The translations under genes were made by a program, and so were the position numbers. Under the pieces are notes generated by a model. That model made no database searches. It saw only the letters and a program-made list of their open reading frames with translations, and had not been told where the DNA came from. Shown piece by piece: positions 36,565-48,800 of a DNA stretch of 64,000 nucleotides. Source of the stretch: Lingula anatina (Eukaryota; Animalia; Brachiopoda); assembly GCA_051362555.1 (NCBI GenBank), contig CM120642.1:10540001-10604000 (forward strand), written 5' to 3'. The first letter of the stretch is position 1, and each line of letters opens with the position of its first letter.

Positions 36565-39500
36565 TTATACAGAGGGAACAACTGGTGAAATGGCCAGCCA
36601 CTTACCCATAGCTTTGTCCACTTTGTCAACCATGAGCACTCTAGAACATGTATCAGTTTGTTCAACTAATAACTTAACAGCAGTTCCAATGCTCCCATAC
36701 GAACTTTTTCTTTCTGGAGTGGCAATTAAATTGTCTATTGTACTTGGTCGCTCCATGTTAAAGATACTTATTTTCTCAGCAAAAATCTATTATCAATTAA
36801 CTGGTGCACTGTTCAGCTGTTCAATGTATGCTGCAGTTGAGGAATATATCCAAAATACAGCAAAAGCATCAGTTTACTCTGTGTTGTACTCTTTCAGAAA
36901 CAGAATTTAGCCAAACTCCCTAACTCCAGGTTAATACAATACAATCAAAGGCATTCATGTATCATATACAGTCTACTGCATCATAAAACAAACACTTCCT
37001 ATATACTGGAAATATCACCTGGTTATAATTCTATTGAAATGCTCCTCAGGTGGTATTATCTACTTCTGTAGATACTATCAATAAGTACAAACAATAAGGA
37101 GAGTAAATACCACAGAAATATTCATCTATCAAGAGTGTCTCTGATATATTTTTCACCGTTGACACAAACTTCGCCTGGAACATATATACCCTTTGGATGA
37201 AATCCAATCAAGTTGATTGTATCCCACTTTGTATTGTTTTTAAACCAATGTGATCTTTTTCATGTATTGATCCATTGAGCGGGTGATACATGATCCATTC
37301 CCTGAAGAGCTTTCCTTCATTGAAAATTTATCCAGGGTACTGTCCTGACTATACTATTCAGGAGACCCAATATTGTCCAGCCAGTATTGTTTCAAGTCTC
37401 TAACTGTCAACTTTTTTTTCCAAATTAGTTCAAACTGTTTAGAGTATTCCAGTTGTTGTTGAAGTTGTTATTCAGAGGTCTATCCCCTCTTTTTATAATA
37501 CTGTCAAATTGTACGTGCGTCAATGCTTTCAATTATGGTATTATCATTTTTCAGGTGATCATTCATCTGCTGGTAAAGTATCTTCAGGTTAACTCCCCAC
37601 AGCAACAACTTCTTTTGCTACATGCACTAAAGTTGTCCATTATTGAAATTATTGTACTGACATGACCAGATCTCCTACGGGTAAGTAGGTTCCACTGTCA
37701 TTCAAGAAGACTATAACACCTGGTAAGAAAATAATATTTGGATGTCAAGTTCAAGACAATTATATTCTTATCAATTACCAGGTACATGTATCTAACACAT
37801 CTAATTACATCTGATACCTCTGCCTCCATAAAAATTATAATTGCCTATACCTATACCTCTAAAAAAGGGAAAGTTTTCATCAAGGATGCATATAATCAAC
37901 AATTAATTATCACATATGGAGTCAATCCAAATAACTGACAGTTTTAACAGTTTTAAAAAAGCAATAAAACATTTGGACCTTATTTCTCTGTACTGCTCAC
38001 TTAAGAATATCCAATGCTCTCCAAAAATGTTGTCAAGAAGCTGCAGTCCAACCTTGCGCCCTAAATTATGTCTGGCTATTTTACACACGTGTTCATTTCC
38101 TTTATACGTGTTCATTTCCTTTATCACCACATAAGAAAAAAAAAGTAACATCCTATATTATTCAGCAATTTTTTGTTATCAGCAAGCACTATGTCTGCAT
38201 TAGTGGAAATACATCACACCTGAACCAAAAATTGGCTAAATGCAAAAACTGCTATTCACTGCTTTCTCCCTGTGATGCACATATTGAATTCTTTATTCAC
38301 AAATCCTCTTCCAATGTGAGTGCAATATAGTAGAATGTACCTGTCAAGGTTCGATGATGTAACGCTAGTACTTCTTCAATTTTGAGTACCCCAGGAAAGA
38401 ATGTCACTCTACCATTAATGCATGAAGTTCACAAAGCTGCTAGTCATGGAGAGTACTGTATGTTTGATGGAGCAGAATGTTAGATGATACTATGCACTGT
38501 AACTGATCCTGTGCCTAAGCACTCATAAAACTACTTGTTTCTGTCACTTTTTAGTCCAGAGTCCAATTACAATTGAATATTAAAGAAGAAAACATGTACA
38601 TGGTAGCATAGTTCGATGTTGTGTTGATTATCTGGATGATGTTACCATAAAATATAAACAAGTTATGCTCTCGCTCCAGTATTTGTATATCCTGTTTTAT
38701 CAACTTTAGTAACCCATCAGTGTTTTACATTCTCTGCTGCAAGAGGTTTCCTCGTCACTTGCAGGTTATCTTCCCAAAAGGTGAACACAGGCAATTGAAA
38801 CTAATCCTGCTTCTAAACGTCACAAAAATATGTCATATTTTCCTGAGTTGACGTAAAGAGTAACTGATCTACCAGTGTTGTTACAGATACTTAATGTATT
38901 GCATACTAGTTATCTGCTACCTGTAAACAATGTCCAAAGCTCATGCTGTAAATGGCCGTTTCCACTCCAACAATGCAATTAATGGAATCAAGAAAAATGC
39001 ACGCTTTTATCTCTTTTCAGCGCTCTGTCCACTATAAAGTTGGCTACCAGTAACTGCATTAAATTAGCACAGTATATCATCCTTTGCCAAGCTCAGGTGA
39101 TGATAAGGCATCCTGTGACTAAAAACATTCCATAATCGGCACAGAGCTTCAGCTTATCTGTGTGCGGAGGAGCGAGGTGAATGTGCAGTTCGATAGTAAT
39201 CAGATAAATTACCTTTTTGTATTGGTTTTAGGGCGAGTGGTTTTAAAAGCAGCAGCCCCATTGTGTTCTATTTGCTATCATGCTATTTTTATTCTATTTA
39301 CACATGCTTGTATGTTTATTTATTAAAAGAGGTAGTGACTGCCTAACTCAAGAAGATAAAACAATGTAGGATTTTTTTTCCAGATTTCACTGACAATGAC
39401 TTTCCAAATTGGCCACATTAGTGTGCAATATTTCCAATCATCTCCACTTGGTGATGATTCAACAGTGGTATTCTGAGTAACATTGGTTCCTCTGAGACAA

Positions 39501-41235
39501 CAATACCAGTCCTGAGTGTAATTATTTTATGAAGTCAGAGCTTTAGCACAGAAATTATTTGCAAACATTTTTAATCTTATCTTTTTATTGTGAACACAGC
39601 CCATTATTTTTTTCTTATATCTAATGGCTATGTTTACTCAAAATATCTCTTGGCACAGTGTAACATCTTCATATCAGTCCCTTGATAAACTCTGTATGAG
39701 TGCTTGCATGTGTGCACTTCATTTTTCCTCAACCCCACTTTTTAATGCTAACAGTAACACAGAGGTTTCTGGCTTGATCCAACTGACAAGATCTAGGGTA
39801 ACCATTTTGTCCATAAAGATTAATGCTGACTGCATATGCAGACAGCAATTGGCTCTAATAATTACAACTTATCAGAAGTCACAAACTGAAAAGGAAATAC
39901 AACACCTGAATAGCAGTACTCTGGAAAAATGTACTCTGTAATGTAATTGCAATTACCACTGCTGTCACAACACACACTCTAAAACTGACTCACTCCTTAT
40001 TTCTGATTTACTGAGCTAAGGCTTAATTATTGATTTAATGCAATTCAGCAACAGACTATGTACATTAGTGTGTCCTGAATTATTTCCCATCAATGCTACA
40101 TCATCTTTCAGTGGTATCTAGCTATGTACCAATGAAGCCATAAATGTATCATTCCACCAGTTGAATCTGACACATCATAATATTAGGCATGTGCAGTCAA
40201 TTTTTGGAACAACCTAAAAATATCCAAATGGCCATTTACAGCTGACCAATTTCAGTCAAAAGTTGATCTATTATAGTTATAAGTATTAATTATAATGTCA
40301 TGTAATGCAATCTATCATGGCATTCCTTGCTGAGCCTGACATAAATTTTCAATTATGTCATATGTAAATGCATATATTCATTTACTAGTACCTATTACAT
40401 GTACATGCAAGGATCCAAAGCTTAATGTCCACCTGAACAAAAGTGATATTACATAATCACTGTTCACTACCGGTATTTCCATGTAATGAATGCTTACTAA
40501 CTCATTCTAATTATCTGTAGTTTGAGATACAATCTACTTCTGTTTGATTTTTTTTAATCTTTGCATAAAAATAAAACAACATTAAGATAAAAAGAAAATA
40601 AAAGATTGAAAATTTCTTTCTGTCAAATAGTTGGATTATTTTTGCCTAAACAAAACTTGAATTAAAACAAGTAAGGTTATGTAAAACAGCCAAAACATGG
40701 ATGTCATATTTTAGCTCTATCTCTGAATTTTCCCCTCTCCTGTTAAATTTACATATTACCCCAGTAGAAACTTCCATTAACAGTTTTATAACAGATGATT
40801 GGTTAATTAATTAAAGCACATTTTTTAACTCCAATGGTCTGTGCTCTTGAGATCATAAAAATATCAATCTATACACCTTCAATTCCATGTATATTCCTTA
40901 TATCATATTGCATTGAATTTTTATTTAATAATGCTTTTTCATAAATTAAACTCTTTTCAGACACTACTGAGTATGTTTAAAATCCCATCACCTGAGTCTG
41001 TCTATGGTCATAAGCTGGTAGCTGGAGAAGTACACATTTCTTGTTACCACAATAACTAGCAAGCAATGTTGCTGTTTTGCTTCCAATTTTCAGAGATTAC
41101 TCTTTGGCTGCTTGTCCTATTAAAATGTCAGCCAATCTCAATAGCAATAATGCCCAATTATTCTTTATGTTTTTTTCAATACTTTTCTTCATATATTTTA
41201 ATATGTGGACACCGTTTCATCCAAATGGTAACTTT

Positions 41236-41450
41236 GGCTCTGTTCTCACAACTTTTAGATCGATCTATCACCGCGGGGAGTCTCACTAGATTACTGTCAG
41301 ATAATCCCCCTTAAGTGTCCGTCCCCGCCTACTACAAGCTTTAAGGGGTAATTAACTTTCGTGTCCGCCCGGCTGACAGCTATTTAGCGTGAACCCCCAG
41401 GGAGTTAGGTCGATCCAATGTAGGTCGATCTAATCTATGAGAATGGGGTG
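41236..41450 (-). mobile_element. 215-bp MITE, copy 2, inverted relative to copy 1
   Basis: Reverse complement of 36350-36564, e.g. CAGCTATTTAGCGTGAACCCCCAGGGAGTTAGGTC versus GACCTAACTCCCTGGGGGTTCACGCTAAATAGCTG. Confidence 0.75.
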
Positions 41451-42555
41451 TATGATTAAGCTTGCTGAGGTAACTTGTGGGCTTTAATTGCATTTTGAAA
41501 ATGGGCATGATTCCATTATACTTTACATCTTTCTGTAATTTTTCCCACACCTTTAGCCTTGTTCGATCAATATAACAGGCTTTACATCTCCAAGAATGTT
41601 TTTTAGCTCTTTGCTTTGACCTAGCTTGACCAACCTTTGATGGTTAAACCAAATTTTTTTGTTCAATTTTTCAGCTTTGCTTTTCAAATACTACATAAGA
41701 TACACACACATGCATGTAATGGACAAATCCAAATATGACCTTGAAATTGACCTTTGACCTTCTTTTTATGGAAAAAATCTTATTTTTTTTCTATTTGCCA
41801 GACTAGTACATCTCCAATATCAAAAGAGATACAGTACACGTACTCAGCACGCCCAGTTATTGCTGGCCATGAATAGAAAAAACATGTGACAACCCCACAT
41901 GTAACCTTGAATTTGACCTTTGACACACTTTTTATGTATCTATAACCCAGTATGTTGCTGCAAAAATGGTTTAACCCAGTATGTTGCTGTATACATACTG
42001 CAGTATAGTATTATTTTTTATTTATGTTTTCATGTTTACAGCGTGTGTTAATGATACCTGTACAATAAAATGCAGGCTGCTTGGCTTATGCTGGCTTGTT
42101 GGAAGGTATCCTTCAGGGTTTACCCACCAAATCAAATTTTCCTCGAGAAAAAAATCTACTCCATTCTATTAGTACTTATAAATCACTGCTCGCACCTAAA
42201 TGTACAGTACTGTAAATAAAGATTGGGTGCGAAATAAATCTTATAAGATAAATAAATAATTTAGGCATGCCTATAATTTTTATCATTACGTTTTGGGTGT
42301 TATTTAATTTCTATTTCTCTTCACACTAACCATCAGAGTATCTGATATTCATAAAGCAAACTCCTTCAAGTTGAAAGAAACTAATATAATAAGGGGGGCG
42401 TTTTCAAAAATTAGGTCAAGCACAGAATGGAATAGTTTTAAAAATACGTTTTCTGCATTGCCTGTCAATTATAAATGCTGATTCACGTTCCCCCTTAATG
42501 CCTTAAGAGAAATCTAAAAATTAAAATACGTGAAGCTATCCTAATCCAAATAATA

Positions 42556-42806
42556 ACTTACTTTCAAAAACTTTTTACGTACTTCAGTGCAGTGCAGCAG
42601 GGTGCGTGTACTTTTCGCACCACTGTCGGTCCAAACAGCTTTACCTAAAAAGAATTTTGATTCGTCAGTCTCAGTTTGTCCTACCAATCACAACAAGTAA
42701 AACAAACATAATCTCGTTCAAATGTATGGCGGGACACACAGACAGAGACATGCATTTTGTAGGCAGACGGGGATACATTGTAAGTAAATTGGATGGTTTC
42801 CTGAGG
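42556..42806. promoter_or_regulatory. Probable bidirectional promoter for VSP (-) and ANKLE2 (+), including a VSP non-coding first exon
   Basis: CpG-rich patch, minus-strand donor GTAAGT (ACTTAC at 42556-42561), CCAATC at about 42684 and ATGGCG at 42726. The VSP ATG exon has an acceptor at 36041 that needs an upstream exon. Confidence 0.55.
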
Positions 42807-45800
42807 ATGGAGGAGCTAAAATCAAGCATCAAGCAGCTAAGCGATGAAAGCCTTCTCTCTGAGTTGCAGAAATCTGGCATCCAAGCTGGTCCAATTTTGT
42901 CAACAACACGTCCACTTTGGGAAAATAAGCTCATAAATTTGGTTGCAAAAAAGAAGGGGCTATTAACCCCCGAAGGACAAACAGAGAGAGAGGTAAACAT
43001 GAACTATGGTAAAGTCTCGTCAAATAGCGTCGACAGTGTGCCCAGTAGCACCGTTGCAAGCCAGAGTACATGTAGATCGGAGGACCAAAATGATGGAAAG
43101 ATGGATGAAGGGAAGAAAGAAGCACCTGCTTTTTATTACGGCGTCAGTCTACCGTCTGATGCTGATCTGACTAATGAGGAAGGTGTGGTATATCGTATGT
43201 AATTCGATTATTTTCCTATTTGTATATGAGCTCAATTTTAAAATGGAGAATGCAGTGAAGCTCACTTAATAAAAAATTAGCAACACTCAATCCTGAAAAA
43301 GAAAAATTGGGGGCATATAAATCCAAATGAATTACTCTATTACTCCTATAATATTTTTAGATATCCTCCACATGCCCTTGTATGTCATATATATATACAT
43401 ACACAGAACATCACTTGAACTTAATTAATACATATTTTCCATATTTTCAGTAAAAGAAGCAGTTTTCACTGATAAGATTGAGGCACTGAAATTTGCTAAG
43501 AAATTCAAAGGAGCAAGATTTAAGGCTTTCAAGAACCAAGAAGAAGCAAATAATTTTGCTCAGCAAGTGGCAGACTTTTCACAGTCCCCTGCTGCCAAAC
43601 AAACAGCCTTGCCCCAGGTATTTTCAGGTCATTTATTCAAATGTCACCAATTACTCTTGATTCTGTCAACCAGAGGCTGAAAGAAATTGTGATTATTAAA
43701 AAAAGAAATGGTTGTTTATTATTTCATTTTTATTCAGTTGCTTAAATTCCTAAATCTGGAAAGTATAATCTTCTATTAAAATGAAAAAAGTATGCCCAGT
43801 TAACCAAAAGAATATGAATACTATCACCATCTTTGTCTCAGGGATCACCAGACACTGTTGCTGGAGAAACGGGTACAGGAACCATCACAGAGTCTCTGCC
43901 TTTTAAAGCCCCTAAGACTCAGGACTTGGTCAAGCTTAGGAAAGCCATTGAAACTGATAACAGAGACACTTTTGAAAACCTAGTCTGGAGTAATCCAAGA
44001 TATCTTATAAGTAGTGGGGACACACCTGCCATATTACAAGTAAGAAATAGCATCATTCGCCTGTGTATGATATTTCCATTTTTATGCTTTGAATGGTATG
44101 TCTATAAGATTCATTTTAAGAAATATAAGATAACAGGGATGCACCAGTATTGCTTCAAGTATCAAATGATAAATGTGGCCTTGATGTAACATAAAAAGAT
44201 AAATAACATGGTCTGGAATAAATTGAGAAACATTTATATTATAATAAAGATAAAAGTTTTGCAAGGCTTAAAAGGACACAAAAGAGGATTTTCGCGCCAA
44301 AATTGATTTATCCTGATTTATCCCGAGGTTAACACTACTTTTCCGCGATTTACCAACCTTTAATCTATCATTCCCGGCACTCGCCATCGCTCTGTAACAT
44401 TTTTGGAAAATACAATAAAAAGAAAACCTCCGCTTAAGCGGAGGTTTACCAACAACCACCTCCATTTTCATAATTGAGCTCTCTAGACTTCCGGATCTCG
44501 CGAGATTCTCGTATTGCGACCTAGTTAAAACCAGTTCAAGCTGCCGGGAAAGGACAACGTGAAACAGGAGGCTCAGTTATGCTGGGAGTCCTTCGAAGAA
44601 GCGAAGACAGATAACAAAAAGAAAAAAGAAACAGCCTTTACAAAAAACATGCGTAAAACAGTGTATCAGCAAATGTACGACAGGCAAACAATAAACACCG
44701 GCGAGGAAGAAGGCAGATGAAAACCTGCTTGGGTGAATGGATACGAAGAATGGCCTGGCCGCGAAGTATTTACTGGATTTGTGAGTACCATTTACAATAA
44801 TCTTTGAGATAAGACACCAGTGAAAATATTTATTAAGCACAGAGATTTATGTTTATTTACGTGTGTTCGTTGTATATCTTAACGATTGTCAGGCTCGTCT
44901 GTCAAAATATGCCATGAAATTGTAACTAATATGAGTGGTATCGATGACAGAAATTGCAAGTGTTGCTCATATGTCGACTCTGACAGGGTTTGGGTTAGTT
45001 TATAGAGCAAAGAAAGTTTAAATAAAAACGGACATGGTGGGAGATACTAGTCTCATTACATATACATTACAATGACCAGGGCGAATTTTTGACTTACCGA
45101 GGGCACATTTCTTGTGCCTCTAACATCTAGGCATACCACAGTAATTAAGACATATGACAAAGATGCTATTTCTTTAGGCATCTAAATCCCAAAATGAATG
45201 TGCAGAAACTGTTATTGTATCTAAGTTTAACCCAATGTTAAATGGCATGTCAACTATAAGTGAAAATAAATAGTAGTATTTTGATTTTATATTTTAAAGA
45301 CAATTTGTCTCCTTTTTACATTAAAAATAAATAAATCAGAAAGGGGATATTGCATGTTTATGTTTGGTACATCTCTCTAATGTATTAAATAGTCCAGAGT
45401 AATAATTTAGATCATACAATTTTAACTTCCAACCAGTATTTCGGAGATTAAACCAATATGAAGTGATCAAGAAACTTCAAAATTAAGTTGTAGTTAATAC
45501 TAGTGCAGTTGAAGATGACAGTCTAGATAATTTAAGGTGATCATATTGAGAAAAATGGCATTTATACTTATTTCAGTTGAGTTTTATACTTATTTCAGTT
45601 ATGTTTTTACATAATTTTTCTCAAACTCGATTATCTTATTTTATGTACTGTTGCTTTTTATGTACAGACACAGATGTGTCTGTACATATTGCCATCACCT
45701 GCGTCTGTCGTCGCCGATGCCGATGCCGATGCCGTCGCCGGTGCCGTGCACTTTCCTTGTAAACACGATAAGTGGAAGGCAGTTTCACTTTTTGGCTTAA

Positions 45801-48800
45801 TATTTACAGAGCTGATGAATATTCATAAAACGCAGGTCAAGTTCGAAAATCAGCATGATCGGGCCATTTTAAGGGAAGTTATGCTGTTTTTTCACTTTTT
45901 TCGGCATATATGCAACCCTGTAAACACATTTTAAGGAAAACCGTTAGGCCTGTTGTCATGAAACTCACAGTAGTGGTCAATCTTACTAAAATGGAGGTCG
46001 AGTTCGAAAATCAGCATAATCAGGGCATTATTTTAGAAGTTATGCTGTTTTTTCACATTTCCTCAGATTCAACTCTTAGGCATGTTAACAGTCTCATTAT
46101 TGAACTAATAAGATACGTAAAAGTGTTTGTTTGACATTTCCTGCATCTTTACAACATTTTTAGTTGATTTTGTAAAAATGATGGTAAACTTGTTATCGTG
46201 TATTGTGTAATAAAGTGTCAAAAATGGAAATAAACCCATATCATTGCAGTTTGTCAGATTTATTCATTCACTATGTTCAGAATCTCAGAATGGAGAAAAT
46301 TAGACATTTAACACTATTCTATTGATATTTTCCCCATCTCATCAATTTTCTTAGTTGATCATATAAAAATTGCAGTAAACTGTTTATTTTATGTTAAAAA
46401 AAGTGTTAAAAATGGAAATAAACCCATGTCAGAACAGTGCTGTCTTGTTTCACATTTCCTCAGATTCAATTCTTAGGCATGTTAACAGTCTCATTATTTA
46501 ACTAATAAGACATGTTTAAGTGTTTGGTTGACATTTCCTGTATCTTTACAACATTATTAGTTGATTATGTAAAACTGATGGTAAACTTGTTATCATGTAT
46601 TGTGTAATAAAGTTTCAAAAATGGAAATAAACTCATATCATTGCAGTTTGTCAGATGCAATCATTCACTATGTTTAGAATCTCAGAATGGAGGAAATTGG
46701 ACATTTAACACTGTTGTATTTATATTTTTCCCATCTCATCAATTTTCTTAGTTGATCATATAAAGATGGCAATAACCTGTTAATTTTGTTTTATGTTTAA
46801 AAAATTGTTAAAAATGGAAAAAAAAAACATTTCAGAACAGTGCTGTCTTGTTTACATTTTGGCATTTTCAAGTTGTGACTTTGAAGTTCCATATGGGCCT
46901 GAAGACCTTTGCTAGTCACATTTTCTGAATATCCATGATACTAATATTTTATTATTAAAATTGATGGTCATTATGCTGTTAAACATAATGTAATATTGCA
47001 TCAAAATTTGAAAAAAAAAACTATTTTGGGCACTGCTCCCATGATGACCATTTAAGAAAAACAATGTCACTTACTGTTCTCAAACAGTACAGTAAATATG
47101 TACAGATGTGTCTGTACATATTGCCGTCGCCGTCGTCACTGTCGCCGGCGCTGCCGCCGTGCACTTTCATTGTAAACATGATAAGTGGAAGGCAGTTTTA
47201 CTTTTTGGCTGTATGTTTACAGAGCTGATGAATATTCATAAAACGCAGGTCAAGTTCGAAAATCAGCATGATCGGGCCATTTTAAGGGAAGTTATGCTGT
47301 TTTTTCACTTTTTTCAGCATATATGCAACCCTGTAAACACATTTTAAGGAAAACCGTTAGGCCTGTTGTCATGAAACTCACAGGAGTAATCAGTCTTATG
47401 AAAACGCAGGTCAAGTTCGAAAATCAGCATGATCGGGCCACTGTTTTAGTAGTTATGCTGTTTTTTCATTTTTCAGCATATATGCAACACTGTAAACACA
47501 ATATAAGAAAAACAGATGGGCCAATTGTCATGAAACTCACAGGAGTGGTCATCCCTGCTAAAACGCAGGTTGAGTTCAAAAATCAGCTTAATCGGGCCAT
47601 TATTTCAAAGAAATGCCGTTTTTTCACATTTCCTCAGATTCATTTCTTAGGCATGTTAACAGTTTCATTATTTTTTTTTTTGGTTGCAGTATCAAGGTAA
47701 CTTTTTCCTATGGTATGCCTGAACTGGAAGAAGTGCAGATGGAAGAGGAGGAAGATGCTGAAGAAGAGGGAATTAAAGGATCCTGATGATCCAACATGGG
47801 ACTAAAACATGTCTTTAGAGTAAGCAGAATTTTAATAAGCTGATATTCACTCCTCATATATTAGGTGCATGATTTCTCTTTTATCGATTTTTTCCAAAAT
47901 TGGCGACACATAATGTAAACATAATGCAAGACTCTATTTCCTCCGTCAACTGAAACGAGCTAAGCTTTACCAAAGTATTGTGCACTCAATTCTAGAATAT
48001 GCCTGCCCTGTGTGGCATCCAGGACTAATTATAGAGCAATGCAAACTCTAAGAGACTGACCAAACTCGTGCTTTGAAGATTATTTTCCCTGACCTATACT
48101 ATGATGAAACCCTGAACCTGGCATATGTGTACTTTAGATAAACGAAGAGATCTGTGCAAAACTTTCTTTTACAAAATAACTGAATCCTCTGAAAAACTAA
48201 ATCACATCTTTATTGATCAATCCAATCGTCTTTTAAGATCAAACAATAGTAACAAAGTGCCACAATTTAAGACCGACAGATTCTGATGCTGTTTTATTCC
48301 GTATGCACTTTTAAATTTCCTATAGTATTATGTTGTCTTTTATCCTAAGTACAATAATTTTAAAGTTCAATTAGCAGTCTTTTAACTCAGTTTTATTTAA
48401 GCAAATATTCACTTTATTTTCATTATAATTTTCTTAACACTATGTACAACTTCAACCCACTGGGTTGCAATCTTAATAAATTATTATTATTATTATTTTG
48501 ATTTGCTTTTTTAGACCTAAAGGTTATGAGCAACTGCCAGTATGATGTCCTGAAGAAGAGTTTTTTACATGGAAGAGGAACTCCATGGCTCTCCACCAAA
48601 AAAAGATTAACTTTTCTTGAGGGTCCAAAGCGAGGACGAGTTGGATAGTGAGAGACTTTTCCTGACTTTCGAGTGCTGCTTACAGGATATATTCAGTGAA
48701 CTCATCTTGCCAATGTGACAAAGCATAATCTGCTGACTTCAAACCATCTAGCACTTACATGTATGCTATAATGCAGACAGATTGGAAATCAAGGTGGTCT

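Noticed and set aside
45674-47700. Paralogous-looking ORFs ([12 protein letters not shown]..., [10 protein letters not shown]...)
   Set aside because: Translations of HINE internal repeats, not a gene family.
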